Assembly (NCBI GenBank): GCA_035551855.1
Contig: DASZMK010000192.1
Span: 21 to 64,020 of the forward strand
Direction of reading: 5' to 3'
Origin: Solirubrobacteraceae bacterium
Lineage (GTDB): Bacteria > Actinomycetota > Thermoleophilia > Solirubrobacterales > Solirubrobacteraceae
Length of the DNA: 64,000 bases
The notes beneath the pieces are model-generated. The model made no database searches and was not told the origin of the DNA. It worked only from the letters and a program-made list of their open reading frames with translations. The translations under genes were made by a program, and so were the position numbers. Of this stretch, positions 38,599 to 48,020 are shown in pieces (within the stretch, counting starts at the first letter, position 1; the number at the start of each line of letters is the position of its first letter).

Positions 38599-38866
38599 GG
38601 CGCTCGGTATGGTCGAGACGAAGGGATACGTGGCGGCGCTGGCGGCCGCCGACGCGATGGTCAAGGCGGCCAACGTGACCATCATCTCCCGTGAACAGGT
38701 GGGCGACGGTCTGGTTGCCGTGGTGGTCCGGGGTGATGTGGGAGCCGTCAAGGCGGCGACCGAGGCCGGCTCGGAGACGGCGTCGACCGTGGGCGAGCTC
38801 GTCTCGGTGCACGTGATCCCCCGCCCCCATTCGGAGCTCGGCAAGCACTTCACCGCCGAGGCATAG
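38591..38866 (+). CDS. BMC-H hexameric shell protein (EutM/PduA family)
   Basis: [38 protein letters not shown]. Confidence 0.97.
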   Translation: MNEALGMVETKGYVAALAAADAMVKAANVTIISREQVGDGLVAVVVRGDVGAVKAATEAGSETASTVGELVSVHVIPRPHSELGKHFTAEA

Positions 38867-38875
38867 ACCGCCGAC

Positions 38876-39526
38876 GTGTCTGCGGGTGCCGACACTCCGG
38901 TGCAACTGCGCGTCTACCTGCCCATCCCTGACCTCGCGGCGCAGTTCGCCGCCTACCTGGGGACACCGACGCGCGCGCGGGGCTACCCGCCGATCGCCGG
39001 CGACAGCGCGCTGATCGTCGAGGTCGCGCCCGCCCTCGCCATCGAGCGTGTGATCGACCTGGCGCTGAAGGCCGTCCCGGAGGTGGAGCCCGGCATTCAT
39101 TTCGTGGAGCGGCAATTCGGCGTGCTGGAGGTTCATGCGGCTGACCCGGACGCCGTGCAACGCGCCGGACAGGCGATCCTCGACGGCATCGGAGCGCACG
39201 CCGACGACGCGTTGCGCCCACGGGTGACCTATGTCGGAGTGATCGATGATGTCACCGATCAGCACGCGGTCATCATCAATCGCAACCGCGAGGCGTCGAT
39301 GCTGCTGCCCGGCCAGACCCTGCTCGTGCTCGAGCTGACCCCCGCGCTGTTCGCCGCGGCCGCGGCCAACGCCGCCGAGCGGGTCGCGCCCGCGCTGACG
39401 CTGATCAGCGTGTCGATGATCGGTGTGGCCGGCCGGCTCTACCTCGCCGGCGAGATGTCTGACATCGTACGGGCACGCGAGGAGATCAGCCGGGTTCTCG
39501 ACGCGATCACCGGGCGCGAACAGTGA
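38876..39526 (+). CDS. BMC-T tandem-domain shell protein
   Basis: LRVYLPIPDL, IVEVAPA, FVERQFGVLEVH, NAAERVAP, GVAGRLYL. Confidence 0.9.
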   Translation: MSAGADTPVQLRVYLPIPDLAAQFAAYLGTPTRARGYPPIAGDSALIVEVAPALAIERVIDLALKAVPEVEPGIHFVERQFGVLEVHAADPDAVQRAGQAILDGIGAHADDALRPRVTYVGVIDDVTDQHAVIINRNREASMLLPGQTLLVLELTPALFAAAAANAAERVAPALTLISVSMIGVAGRLYLAGEMSDIVRAREEISRVLDAITGREQ

Positions 39527-40530
39527 GCGAGAACATGGACGCCATCGACGACGGCATGGCCCAACTGGCCCGGACGGCGGTTGAACGCTATGGGATCGAT
39601 GCCGGCACGGTGGAGCTCTGCAACGTCTCCGAGAACCACACCTACCGCGTCGAGAGCCCCGGCAGCGGCTCGTGCTTCGCGTTGCGGGTGCACCGTCCCG
39701 GGTACCGCAGCCCGGAGGAGATCGAGTCGGAGCTGATGTGGCTCGACGTGCTGCGCGCCGGCGGCGGGGTGCAGACTCCGCCCGTCGTCCCCGCCATCGA
39801 CGGGGCCCGGGTGGTCTCGGTGAGCACGCGCGAGGTGGGCACGCGCAACGTGGTGATGTTCGAGTGGGTGGCGGGGATCCAGCCTGACCTCGACGCCGGC
39901 GAGACGGCGCTCGCGCAGTTCGAGACGCTGGGGGCGATCTCCGCTCGGATGCACGCGCACGCGCGCTCCTGGAGACGCCCGTCTGCCTTCACCCGTCCGC
40001 GATGGGACTACGCGCACACGCTTGGTCCGGATGGCCACTGGGGACCCTGGCAGGACGGGCTCGGCATGGGCACCGAGGAGCGCCGCCAACTCGAGCGCCT
40101 GGCGGCCACCATCGCCACTCGGTTGCAGGCATACGGCCAGGACGCACAGCGGTTCGGACTCGTGCACGCCGACCTCCGCCTGGCCAACGTCCTGATCGAT
40201 GACGGGGACGTGCGCGTCATCGACTTCGACGACTGCGGATTCTCGTGGTACGTCTACGACTTCGCGACGGCGGTGTCGTTCATGGAGGACCACCCGCGCG
40301 TACCGGAGCTTCGCGCCGCCTGGGTTCGCGGCTACCGCTCCGTGGCCGCCCTCGAGCCCGCTGCCGAGGCCGAGCTGGAGACGCTCGTGATGCTGCGCCG
40401 GCTGTTGCTCGTGGCGTGGATCGGTTCGCACCACACGTTTGCCCCTGAGGCGGCGGAGCTCGGCGCCGGGTTCACGGCCGGCACGTGCTCGCTCGCCGAG
40501 GACTATCTCACCACTCATTCGTCACCGTAG
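39523..40530 (+). CDS. APH/choline-kinase-family phosphotransferase (putative aminopropanol kinase)
   Basis: [31 protein letters not shown]. Confidence 0.88.
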   Translation: MSENMDAIDDGMAQLARTAVERYGIDAGTVELCNVSENHTYRVESPGSGSCFALRVHRPGYRSPEEIESELMWLDVLRAGGGVQTPPVVPAIDGARVVSVSTREVGTRNVVMFEWVAGIQPDLDAGETALAQFETLGAISARMHAHARSWRRPSAFTRPRWDYAHTLGPDGHWGPWQDGLGMGTEERRQLERLAATIATRLQAYGQDAQRFGLVHADLRLANVLIDDGDVRVIDFDDCGFSWYVYDFATAVSFMEDHPRVPELRAAWVRGYRSVAALEPAAEAELETLVMLRRLLLVAWIGSHHTFAPEAAELGAGFTAGTCSLAEDYLTTHSSP

Positions 40531-40538
40531 GAGGACGC

Positions 40539-41312
40539 ATGTTCACACCTGTGACCGGCCGCACCGTTCTCGTGACCGGCGGCACCAAGGGCATCGGCAA
40601 GGCGATCGCCCAAACCTTCGCTGACGCCGGGGCACAGGTCGCCGTCGCCGGTCGCGATCCGGACACCGGAGCCCGGGCAGTCGCCGAGCTCGGCAAGGAC
40701 GGATCCGACGTTGCCTTCATCCGCGGCGATGTCGGCGTCGCCCAGGACGCCGAGCGGATGGTGGCCGAGTCGGTGCAGCGCTTCGGAGGCCTCGACATCC
40801 TGTGCGCGAACGCCGGGATCTTTCCCGCAGTCCGTCTCGACGAGATGACCGCCGTCGATATCGACATGATCTTCGCGACCAACGTGAAGGGCATGATGCT
40901 GACGGTCAAGGCGGCCGCTCCCGCGCTGGCACGCAGCGGACACGGACGGGTGGTCGTCACGTCCTCCATCACCGGGCCGATCACCGGGTATCCCGGTTGG
41001 TCGCATTACGGGGCCACCAAAGCGGCACAGCTCGGTTTTCTCCGCACGGCCGCGATCGAGCTCGCTCCAGCCGGCATCACGATCAACGCGGTGCTGCCGG
41101 GCAACATCGAAACCGAAGGCCTCGAGGAGCTGGGGCCCGAGTACCGGCAGAGGATGGAGGCGTCGATCCCGCAGGGGCGGCTCGGCACCGGGGCCGACAT
41201 CGGTCACGCCGCGCTGTTCCTGGCGACGGACGAGGCCGCCTACATCACCGGGCAGACGATCGTCGTCGACGGCGGTCAGACCCTGCCTGAGTCGATCATG
41301 GCGCTCGAGTAG
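40539..41312 (+). CDS. Short-chain dehydrogenase (putative aminoacetone reductase / 1-amino-2-propanol dehydrogenase)
   Basis: [33 protein letters not shown]. Confidence 0.9.
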   Translation: MFTPVTGRTVLVTGGTKGIGKAIAQTFADAGAQVAVAGRDPDTGARAVAELGKDGSDVAFIRGDVGVAQDAERMVAESVQRFGGLDILCANAGIFPAVRLDEMTAVDIDMIFATNVKGMMLTVKAAAPALARSGHGRVVVTSSITGPITGYPGWSHYGATKAAQLGFLRTAAIELAPAGITINAVLPGNIETEGLEELGPEYRQRMEASIPQGRLGTGADIGHAALFLATDEAAYITGQTIVVDGGQTLPESIMALE

Positions 41313-41316
41313 GACC

Positions 41317-42111
41317 TTGCCGGGCACACCATCGGACTCTCGATCCCAGGCTCGTCTCGGCCCGGCGGTGATCGTCGTCCGCGACCGCCTGCGCCACGAG
41401 ATCGCCTCCGGCGAGCTCGCCCCCGGGCAGCGACTCGGCGTCGAGCGCGAGATCGCGGAGCGACTCGGCGTCTCCCGCTCAACGGTTCGCGCCGCCTTGG
41501 CGGATCTGGAACGCAACGGCGCCGTCCGGCGCGCCCGTGGCCGGAACGGCGGGATCTTCGTCGCCGAGCGCAAGGTCGAGCGGGACCTCACGAGCCTCGC
41601 CGGGCTCCCCGCGTACCTGCGCCGGCAGGGATTCAGTTCGGACGCCCGCGTCATCGCCACCGCCACGTTCGCCGCTGACGACGACGCCGCCACCGCCCTG
41701 GCTCTCAGCCCGGGCGCCCTCGTCCATGAGGTGGTCCGGGTTCGCCTGGCCGATCAGGAGCCGATCTCGCTCGAACGGGCGACGTTCCCGGCCGCCGCCT
41801 TTCCGGGAATGCTCGACCATTCGCTCGGCGGGTCGCTGTACGAGCTCCTGCAGGCCGAGTTCGGCCTCGTGCCCGCCGAAGCCGAGGAGCGCATCGAGGT
41901 GGTCGCCGCGGGAGCCGCCGAGGCCCGGCTGCTCGGCGTCGCCCGCGGCGGTCCGCTGGTGGCCATCTCGCGGACGGCGTGGGACACCGAGGGTGTCGCC
42001 TTCGAGCACTCACACGACCTGTTTCGCGGCGACCGCGTCCGGATCGTGGTGCGCGCGCACTCGGCACCGGAGGCGACGGGTGTCGTCGCCGCCTCCGTGC
42101 AGGTGCGCTGA
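41317..42111 (+). CDS. GntR/HutC-family regulator with UTRA domain
   Basis: ELAPGQRL..EREIAERLGVSRSTVRAAL; SLYELL; FRGDR; start uncertain. Confidence 0.9.
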   Translation: MPGTPSDSRSQARLGPAVIVVRDRLRHEIASGELAPGQRLGVEREIAERLGVSRSTVRAALADLERNGAVRRARGRNGGIFVAERKVERDLTSLAGLPAYLRRQGFSSDARVIATATFAADDDAATALALSPGALVHEVVRVRLADQEPISLERATFPAAAFPGMLDHSLGGSLYELLQAEFGLVPAEAEERIEVVAAGAAEARLLGVARGGPLVAISRTAWDTEGVAFEHSHDLFRGDRVRIVVRAHSAPEATGVVAASVQVR

Positions 42112-42123
42112 AACCTCCGTCGC

Positions 42124-43707
42124 CTAGACCGAGTCCAGCCCCTGGTTGATCATGCGGCCGATCGTCTCGTACTTGGCGCGGTCGTGTGACTTGAGGTAGT
42201 AGGCATAGCCAAGGCCGCCGAGGAAGATCAGGAGGTCCCCCCAGCACAGCCACTTGGCATAGCTGTAGCCGGATCCGAGGAAATGGAGGTTCTTGATCGC
42301 CAAGTAGAGAACGTACGCCTGGCTGATGGCGGCGAGCACGGGCGCCGTGATGGTCGTCCACCAGTGATGATCGGCTTTGTGATGAGTGCGGAAGTAGTTG
42401 AAGATGGCGACGGACACGAGCGCCTGGATGGCCAGGATTGACACGACGCCCATGACGGCCATGAGCCCGTACACCTGGAGGTAGCCGACCGAGTCGGCAG
42501 CGCCGAGCTTGGTGTCGACCGCCGCGAACAACGCGAACGCGAGCAGGATGAGCGCCGCGACGACCGACTGCGTGGTTGACGCGATGTGGGGGCTGGCGTG
42601 CTTGCGATGGGTCCGCCCCAATGCCCTGAAGAGCACCCCCTCGCGGCCGAGGGAGTACATGTAGCGCGCGGTCGTGTTGTGAAAGGCCATCCCGCAGGCG
42701 AAGGACCCGGTGATGATGAACCAGCTGAGCAGGTCCTTCAAAAACAGTCCTCCGTAGCGCTGGGCGGGGATGAAGTAGAACTCGGCCGAGTTGTTCTGGG
42801 CGACGTTGACGGCTTGGTTGAAGTGGGAGTAGCCGCTGATCCCCGCCCACGATGTCAGCGCGTAGAAGATGCCGAGCCCGATGACCGAGATGTACAGGGC
42901 CCGCGGGACGTTCTTCTTGGGGTTCTTGGATTCCTCACCGTAGTTCGGTGCCATTTCCCAGCCCACCCAGGACCAGAAGGCGAAGAAGATGCCGATCCCG
43001 GCGGCCCCGGCGGCAAGCGCCGTTCCCCCGGCGTGGCCGGCCGGCAGGGCCTTGAACGCGTTGACCGGGTTGATGGCGGCGGCGCTGACGGTTCCCCTGG
43101 CGAACATGAAACCGTCGAAGACGAGCAGCGTGATCACCTCGCAGAGAAGCGCCACGCCGAGGATGCGAGATGACAGCTTGACCTCGAAGTAGGCCAGGAC
43201 AGCGATCAGGGCGATCATCGCGAAGCCGAACCAGTACCACTCGATGTGCACGCCGTACCGGGCCGCTTTCAGCGAGGCGAAGTAGGCAAAGCCACCGACG
43301 AGCGAGACCTCGAAGACGCTGTAGGCCGCGACCATGGCAAACCCGCTCGCCATTCCGAGCTCGCGGCTGAGGCCGTGGCTGATGAAGCTGTAGAAGCCGC
43401 CTGCCGCGGTCACCTTCCGGGCCATGGCGACATAGCTCACGCCGAAGACCGTCAGCACGATCGCGGCGAAGATGAATCCGGCCGGCGTGCCGATGCCGTT
43501 TCCGAACCCCACCGAGATCGGCGTGTTGAACAGCATGGCGGAGATGGGCGCCGATCCCGTCACCGTGAGGAACAGCACGCCGACGAGGCCGACGGCCGCC
43601 GGTCTCAGCTTGTGGACGTCGTGGCGCTCCGCGATGTCGACGCTCTCCACGACGGGAAGCATCCCCTCATGGTGCGGCTCCTTGATGAGTTGCCCCTGAG
43701 TATCCAC
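42124..43707 (-). CDS. APC-family amino acid/amine permease
   Basis: About 12 TM segments; GSAP, GGFYSFI, SWVGWE, GEESKNP. Confidence 0.9.
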   Translation of the reverse strand: MDTQGQLIKEPHHEGMLPVVESVDIAERHDVHKLRPAAVGLVGVLFLTVTGSAPISAMLFNTPISVGFGNGIGTPAGFIFAAIVLTVFGVSYVAMARKVTAAGGFYSFISHGLSRELGMASGFAMVAAYSVFEVSLVGGFAYFASLKAARYGVHIEWYWFGFAMIALIAVLAYFEVKLSSRILGVALLCEVITLLVFDGFMFARGTVSAAAINPVNAFKALPAGHAGGTALAAGAAGIGIFFAFWSWVGWEMAPNYGEESKNPKKNVPRALYISVIGLGIFYALTSWAGISGYSHFNQAVNVAQNNSAEFYFIPAQRYGGLFLKDLLSWFIITGSFACGMAFHNTTARYMYSLGREGVLFRALGRTHRKHASPHIASTTQSVVAALILLAFALFAAVDTKLGAADSVGYLQVYGLMAVMGVVSILAIQALVSVAIFNYFRTHHKADHHWWTTITAPVLAAISQAYVLYLAIKNLHFLGSGYSYAKWLCWGDLLIFLGGLGYAYYLKSHDRAKYETIGRMINQGLDSV

Positions 43708-43786
43708 GTCACTCTCCTCGGTCTGGTGCTGGGCTGGTGCTGAACGCCGGCTTACATGGCAATGGTGATCTGGGTGGGCATGCGCG

Positions 43787-44461
43787 TCACGTCCTCACGG
43801 CATCCGCGGCATCGAGGACGTACCGCAGCTGCGCGGCCAGCGGCGCCCCCGGCACGAGCTTTCCATCCAGCGCCGCAGTCCCGATGGTGAACGCCCACAC
43901 ACCGCGCTCGGCCAGCGCCCGGATCCGTTCTGTGGAGTCGACGGAGCCCGCCGCGATGACGGGCAGGGACGTCGCCTTGACGACGGCCTCGACGAGTTCG
44001 TCGACATCGCCGTCATAGCGGTAGGCCAGCAGGTTGATGCCGTCGACATCGCGCGACTGAGCCCGCAGAGCATCCTCGGCGATCTCGTCGATCGTTCCGC
44101 GCAGGAGGCAGGGATGATCGATCACCTGACCGATGTAGGGGAAGAACCGCATCCCGGAGCCGGCGATGAGCTCCTGGACGGGCTCTATCAGCGTCCCGCC
44201 GATCAGGTAGTCCGGGGTGATCTCGGCCGCGACCCGCGCGGACTGAAGCGTCGCCGCCTCGGTCTCGGAGACGACCTCCAGGTAGCTCGTGTGGCCGTTG
44301 GCTCTGATGTCCTGCATCAGGGCTGCCAGCTCATCCCGGGGCAGGCCAAGGTCCTTGCACCCGACGTGTCGGATTCCCGTGTCCGCGACTGACTCGTACA
44401 CCCGGCGCGCATCTGCGATCGTCCGGTCATCGCGCGTGAGCATGAAGATGAATTCGGTCAA
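43787..44461 (-). CDS. Uncharacterised TIM-barrel-like protein
   Basis: TEFIFMLT, VGCKD, LEVVS, DYLIGGT, LLAYR, VIAAGSV...FTIGTA (phosphate-binding-like end); TTG start 44461. Confidence 0.75.
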   Translation of the reverse strand: MTEFIFMLTRDDRTIADARRVYESVADTGIRHVGCKDLGLPRDELAALMQDIRANGHTSYLEVVSETEAATLQSARVAAEITPDYLIGGTLIEPVQELIAGSGMRFFPYIGQVIDHPCLLRGTIDEIAEDALRAQSRDVDGINLLAYRYDGDVDELVEAVVKATSLPVIAAGSVDSTERIRALAERGVWAFTIGTAALDGKLVPGAPLAAQLRYVLDAADAVRT

Positions 44462-44472
44462 CTCCGGCTTCC

Positions 44473-44665
44473 AGTTGTCAGACAACTTTCGCGGCAGCGT
44501 AGCGATTTGGCGGATGGTTGGCAAGACGGCCGATCGCGATCGTGACGGACCTGATCGTCGCCGCCCGCTGTGAGGGAAAGGGTGACTGACATGTCCGGGC
44601 CCACCGCCGAAGGGCGGCTACGCGCGCAGGCGCGCCCTCCAGACGCCGACGAGTTGTCAGACAAC
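44473..44665. promoter_or_regulatory. Two copies of palindrome GTTGTCAGACAAC (putative GntR/HutC operators) in a divergent intergenic region
   Basis: AGTTGTCAGACAACT at 44473-44487 and GTTGTCAGACAAC at 44653-44665. Confidence 0.7.
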
Positions 44666-44704
44666 GTGGTAGCGTCTTGGGCCGGTCGAAACGAAAGGTC
44701 CCGA

Positions 44705-45763
44705 ATGCGCGCAGCGGTTTGGAACGGCCCGGGGGCGATGTCTGTGGGCAGTGCTCCAGATCCCACATGCCCGGAGGACGGGGTGCTGCTCCGCGTGCTG
44801 GCCTGTGGCATCTGCGGCACCGACGTCCGCTCTTTCTACAACGGGGATCGCCGCATCGCACCTCCGTGGGTTCTGGGGCACGAGATCTCCGGCGAGATCG
44901 CGGAGATCGGACCCCGCGCCGAACGCGAGGTCGACGAGGCGGGGCTGGCGGTCGGTGACGCGGTGCATTGCATCTCGACCCTCTGGTGCGGGCGCTGCCG
45001 CATGTGCCGCGGCGGGCACGAGAACCTCTGCCTGCATGGCGAGCTGATGGGCTTTGACCATCCGGGGGCCTATGCCGAACACGTGGCCATTCCGCGGATC
45101 GCCCTCAAGAACCTGTTCCGGATCCCGCCCGGGTTATCGCCGGCCCAGGCGACGTTCGCCGACCCGCTCTCCGACGTCATCTGCGGACACAAGGACCTGG
45201 CGATCACCCTTGACGAGGTGGTCGTCGTCATCGGCGCCGGACCCGTCGGCGCCGCCCATGCCGCGCTGGCGCGTCTGCAGGGCGCGGCGGAGGTGCTGCT
45301 CCTGGAGCGAACCGTCCGGCGCCTGGACCTGGCGCGGGCGCTCCTGGGGGATCAGCGGATGACCTACGTCGACACCGATGGAGAGGACGGCTTGGCCGCC
45401 GTGATGCGGACGACGGAGGACTTCGGCGCCGATGTGGTGATCGTCGCGTGCTCCAGCGACGCCGCCCAGGAGCAGGCGATGGGGATGGCCGCTCCCAGAG
45501 GACGCGTGATGTTCTTCGGCGGCCTTCCCAAGGGGACGACCGCGATCCGCTTTCCGTCCAATGTCCTGCACTATCGCGAGGTGCAGGTGCACGGTTCCTA
45601 CGCGTCGCGCCACCGTGACCAGCTGCGCGCTCTGGACATGCTGGCGGCGGACGCGGGCGGCATCCGCTCGGTCGTCTCGGAGATCATCTCGCTGGATGAC
45701 ACGCCCGGCGCGTTTGAGCGCATTCGCGCCGGCGGGGCACTGAAGCTGGTCGTCGCACCGTGA
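44705..45763 (+). CDS. Zinc-dependent (polyol/iditol-type) alcohol dehydrogenase
   Basis: CGICGTD, GHE, CGRCRMC...C, GAGPVG. Confidence 0.9.
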   Translation: MRAAVWNGPGAMSVGSAPDPTCPEDGVLLRVLACGICGTDVRSFYNGDRRIAPPWVLGHEISGEIAEIGPRAEREVDEAGLAVGDAVHCISTLWCGRCRMCRGGHENLCLHGELMGFDHPGAYAEHVAIPRIALKNLFRIPPGLSPAQATFADPLSDVICGHKDLAITLDEVVVVIGAGPVGAAHAALARLQGAAEVLLLERTVRRLDLARALLGDQRMTYVDTDGEDGLAAVMRTTEDFGADVVIVACSSDAAQEQAMGMAAPRGRVMFFGGLPKGTTAIRFPSNVLHYREVQVHGSYASRHRDQLRALDMLAADAGGIRSVVSEIISLDDTPGAFERIRAGGALKLVVAP

Positions 45764-46503
45764 GCGGGACGCCGTCCCTGCGCCACCAGCTCGCGCGTGA
45801 GCTGCGGACGCGGATCCACGCCGGCGAGCTCGCCCCCGGGGACAAACTGCCCTCGGAGCCCGAGCTGGCGCACGTCCGATCCGTCTCGCGTTCCTCCGTG
45901 CGAGCGGCGATCACCCTCCTGGAAGAGGAGGGCGTGGTTGCTCGCCGCCACGGCTCGGGGACATACGTCACGCACCGCCCGGCCCTCCCCAACGACCTGA
46001 GCCGCAACTTCGGCGTCTCCTCGTTGATCTCCTCGACCGGCCTCACGCCCGGCACGGCCGAGGAGACATGCGAGCTCGTGGAGCCGCCGCCGTGGGTTGC
46101 CCTGGCTCTCGAGGTTCCCGCCGGCACGCCGGTCACGTCGCTGAGGCGCGTGCGCACCGCCGACGGTCGACGGGTGGCGATCACCACCGACTGGTGTCGC
46201 TCCGAGCACCTGAGCCCTGAGGACCTGGTGGCGATCGGAGACGGATCCATCTACGCCGCCCTGAGCGCGCGGGTTCTCGTCGTGCACCACGGAGTCGCGA
46301 CCCTGACCCCGGGCAACGCCGATGCCGATGCGGCTCGGCGGCTTGATGTGGCCCGCGGGGCGTTGCTCCTCACCATCGACCAGATCGACACGACGGCGGA
46401 CGGCGTGCCGGTGCTCGTCTCACGCGAGCATCATCTCGCCGACGCGTTCGCGTTCACCGTCGTCCGTCACGGCCCGGGCGCGGCGACCGAGGTGCAGCCC
46501 TGA
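45760..46503 (+). CDS. GntR/HutC-family regulator with UTRA domain
   Basis: GDKLPSEPELA, VSRSSVRAA, HGSGTYV. Confidence 0.92.
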   Translation: MSGTPSLRHQLARELRTRIHAGELAPGDKLPSEPELAHVRSVSRSSVRAAITLLEEEGVVARRHGSGTYVTHRPALPNDLSRNFGVSSLISSTGLTPGTAEETCELVEPPPWVALALEVPAGTPVTSLRRVRTADGRRVAITTDWCRSEHLSPEDLVAIGDGSIYAALSARVLVVHHGVATLTPGNADADAARRLDVARGALLLTIDQIDTTADGVPVLVSREHHLADAFAFTVVRHGPGAATEVQP

Positions 46504-48014
46504 GCGATGCCGGCCCGCTTGTCGTCGGGATCGATGTCGGTTCGCAGGGCACATGCGCCCAGGCCCTGGAGCCGGACGGGACTCTCATCGCCTCGAGCTA
46601 CGCGCCGCACGATCTGCAGTATCCACGCCCGGGCTGGGCCGAGCAGGACCCGGGGGAATGGCTCCGGGCACTCGTCCAGACGCTCGCCGAGCTGCGCCTG
46701 GCGACGCGGCGGCCGGTCCGTGCCATCTCGTTCGGCTCGCAGCTCGATGGTCTCGTGGCCACCGACGGCCACGGGCGGGCGCTGCGGCCGGCACTGATCT
46801 GGTCCGACCGGAGGGCCGATGCCGAATGCGAACGGGTGGCCGCGGACTGCGACGTGGTCCGCCTGCGCGAGCGCACCGGCTGCAACCTGGACCCCGGGCA
46901 CGTTGCCTCGAAGATCGCCTGGTTGCGGGTGCACGAGCCTGAGGTCGATCGTCAGGCGGTGCGGTATCTGCTGCCGGGCTCCTGGGTTGCCTACCAGGCG
47001 ACCGGCGAGGTCGCGGTCGACCCGACGAACGCTTCGTCGACGGGGCTGCTCGATTCGCGGCGACTGCAATGGTCTGACGAAGCGTGCGCGGCGTTCGCCA
47101 TCGACCCGGAGCGTCTCGGCCCCGTGCGCCCGTCCGACGCCGTGCTCGGTCGCCTGGCCCCGTGGCTGCGCGACGCGACCGGCCTGCCCGGCGACACCGA
47201 GGTGGTGCTCGGCGCCGGCGACGAGATGGCCGCGGTGCTCGGCGCGGGGGTGACCGAGCCCGGAGAGGTGTGCGACGTGATGGGGACGGCCGAACCCGTC
47301 TGTGCCGTGCTCGGCGCCCCTGCGCTCGATGCGGCTCCGCTCGTGGAGCTCCATCCCCATGCCGTGCCGGACCGATGGCTGCTGGAGAACCCCGGCTGGC
47401 TGTCCGGAGGGGCGTACCGCTGGTTTCGCGACGAGCTCGGTGGTCCGGAGGTCGCCCGCGCGGCGGCGACGGGCGCCGACGTGTACGAGCTGCTCAACGC
47501 GCTCGCGATGGGGGCGCCACCCGGTGCCGCCGGGGTGTGCTGGGTCCCGGCGCTGTCCGGGGCGATGGCGCCGGAGTGGAACTCGCGGGCGCGAGCTGGC
47601 TGGTTTGGACTGACGGCCGCGCACGGCCGGGCACACATGGCACGGGCGCTGCTCGAGGGCAACGCGCTGGCGCTGCGCGACGTCGTGGAGGCGATCGCCG
47701 CCGGCGGTCACCGGCTGACCGGCCTGGTCTGCGTGGGGGGAGGGGCGCGCGGGGAGCTGCTCCTGAGCATCCGCGCGAACGCGACCGGGCTGACCGTCTG
47801 CCGTCCACAGGACGTGGAGACGACGGCCCGGGGAGCGGCCATGCTCGCCGCCGCGGGCAGCGGGATCCATGCGACCGTCGCCGCGGCGGCGAAGACGATG
47901 GCCGGGCCGCGCGTCGAGCCGGTGCAGCCTGACCCGGAGCTCCGCGCCGTCTATGACGCGGTCCATGCCCGCCACCTCCAGGTGTACGCGGCGCTGCGCC
48001 CGCTATACGAGTGA
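46500..48014 (+). CDS. FGGY-family carbohydrate kinase (xylulokinase-like), probable CTG start
   Basis: In-frame region upstream of the ORF-track start encodes VVGIDVGSQG and PRPGWAEQDP; WSDRRA, GAGDE, GGGARG. Confidence 0.85.
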   Translation: MSDAGPLVVGIDVGSQGTCAQALEPDGTLIASSYAPHDLQYPRPGWAEQDPGEWLRALVQTLAELRLATRRPVRAISFGSQLDGLVATDGHGRALRPALIWSDRRADAECERVAADCDVVRLRERTGCNLDPGHVASKIAWLRVHEPEVDRQAVRYLLPGSWVAYQATGEVAVDPTNASSTGLLDSRRLQWSDEACAAFAIDPERLGPVRPSDAVLGRLAPWLRDATGLPGDTEVVLGAGDEMAAVLGAGVTEPGEVCDVMGTAEPVCAVLGAPALDAAPLVELHPHAVPDRWLLENPGWLSGGAYRWFRDELGGPEVARAAATGADVYELLNALAMGAPPGAAGVCWVPALSGAMAPEWNSRARAGWFGLTAAHGRAHMARALLEGNALALRDVVEAIAAGGHRLTGLVCVGGGARGELLLSIRANATGLTVCRPQDVETTARGAAMLAAAGSGIHATVAAAAKTMAGPRVEPVQPDPELRAVYDAVHARHLQVYAALRPLYE

Positions 48015-48020
48015 GCCGCG

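Noticed and set aside
34162-42111. PDU, EUT, GRM or carboxysome locus
   Set aside because: No diol dehydratase, ethanolamine ammonia-lyase, glycyl-radical enzyme or RuBisCO; the gene set fits RMM/AAU
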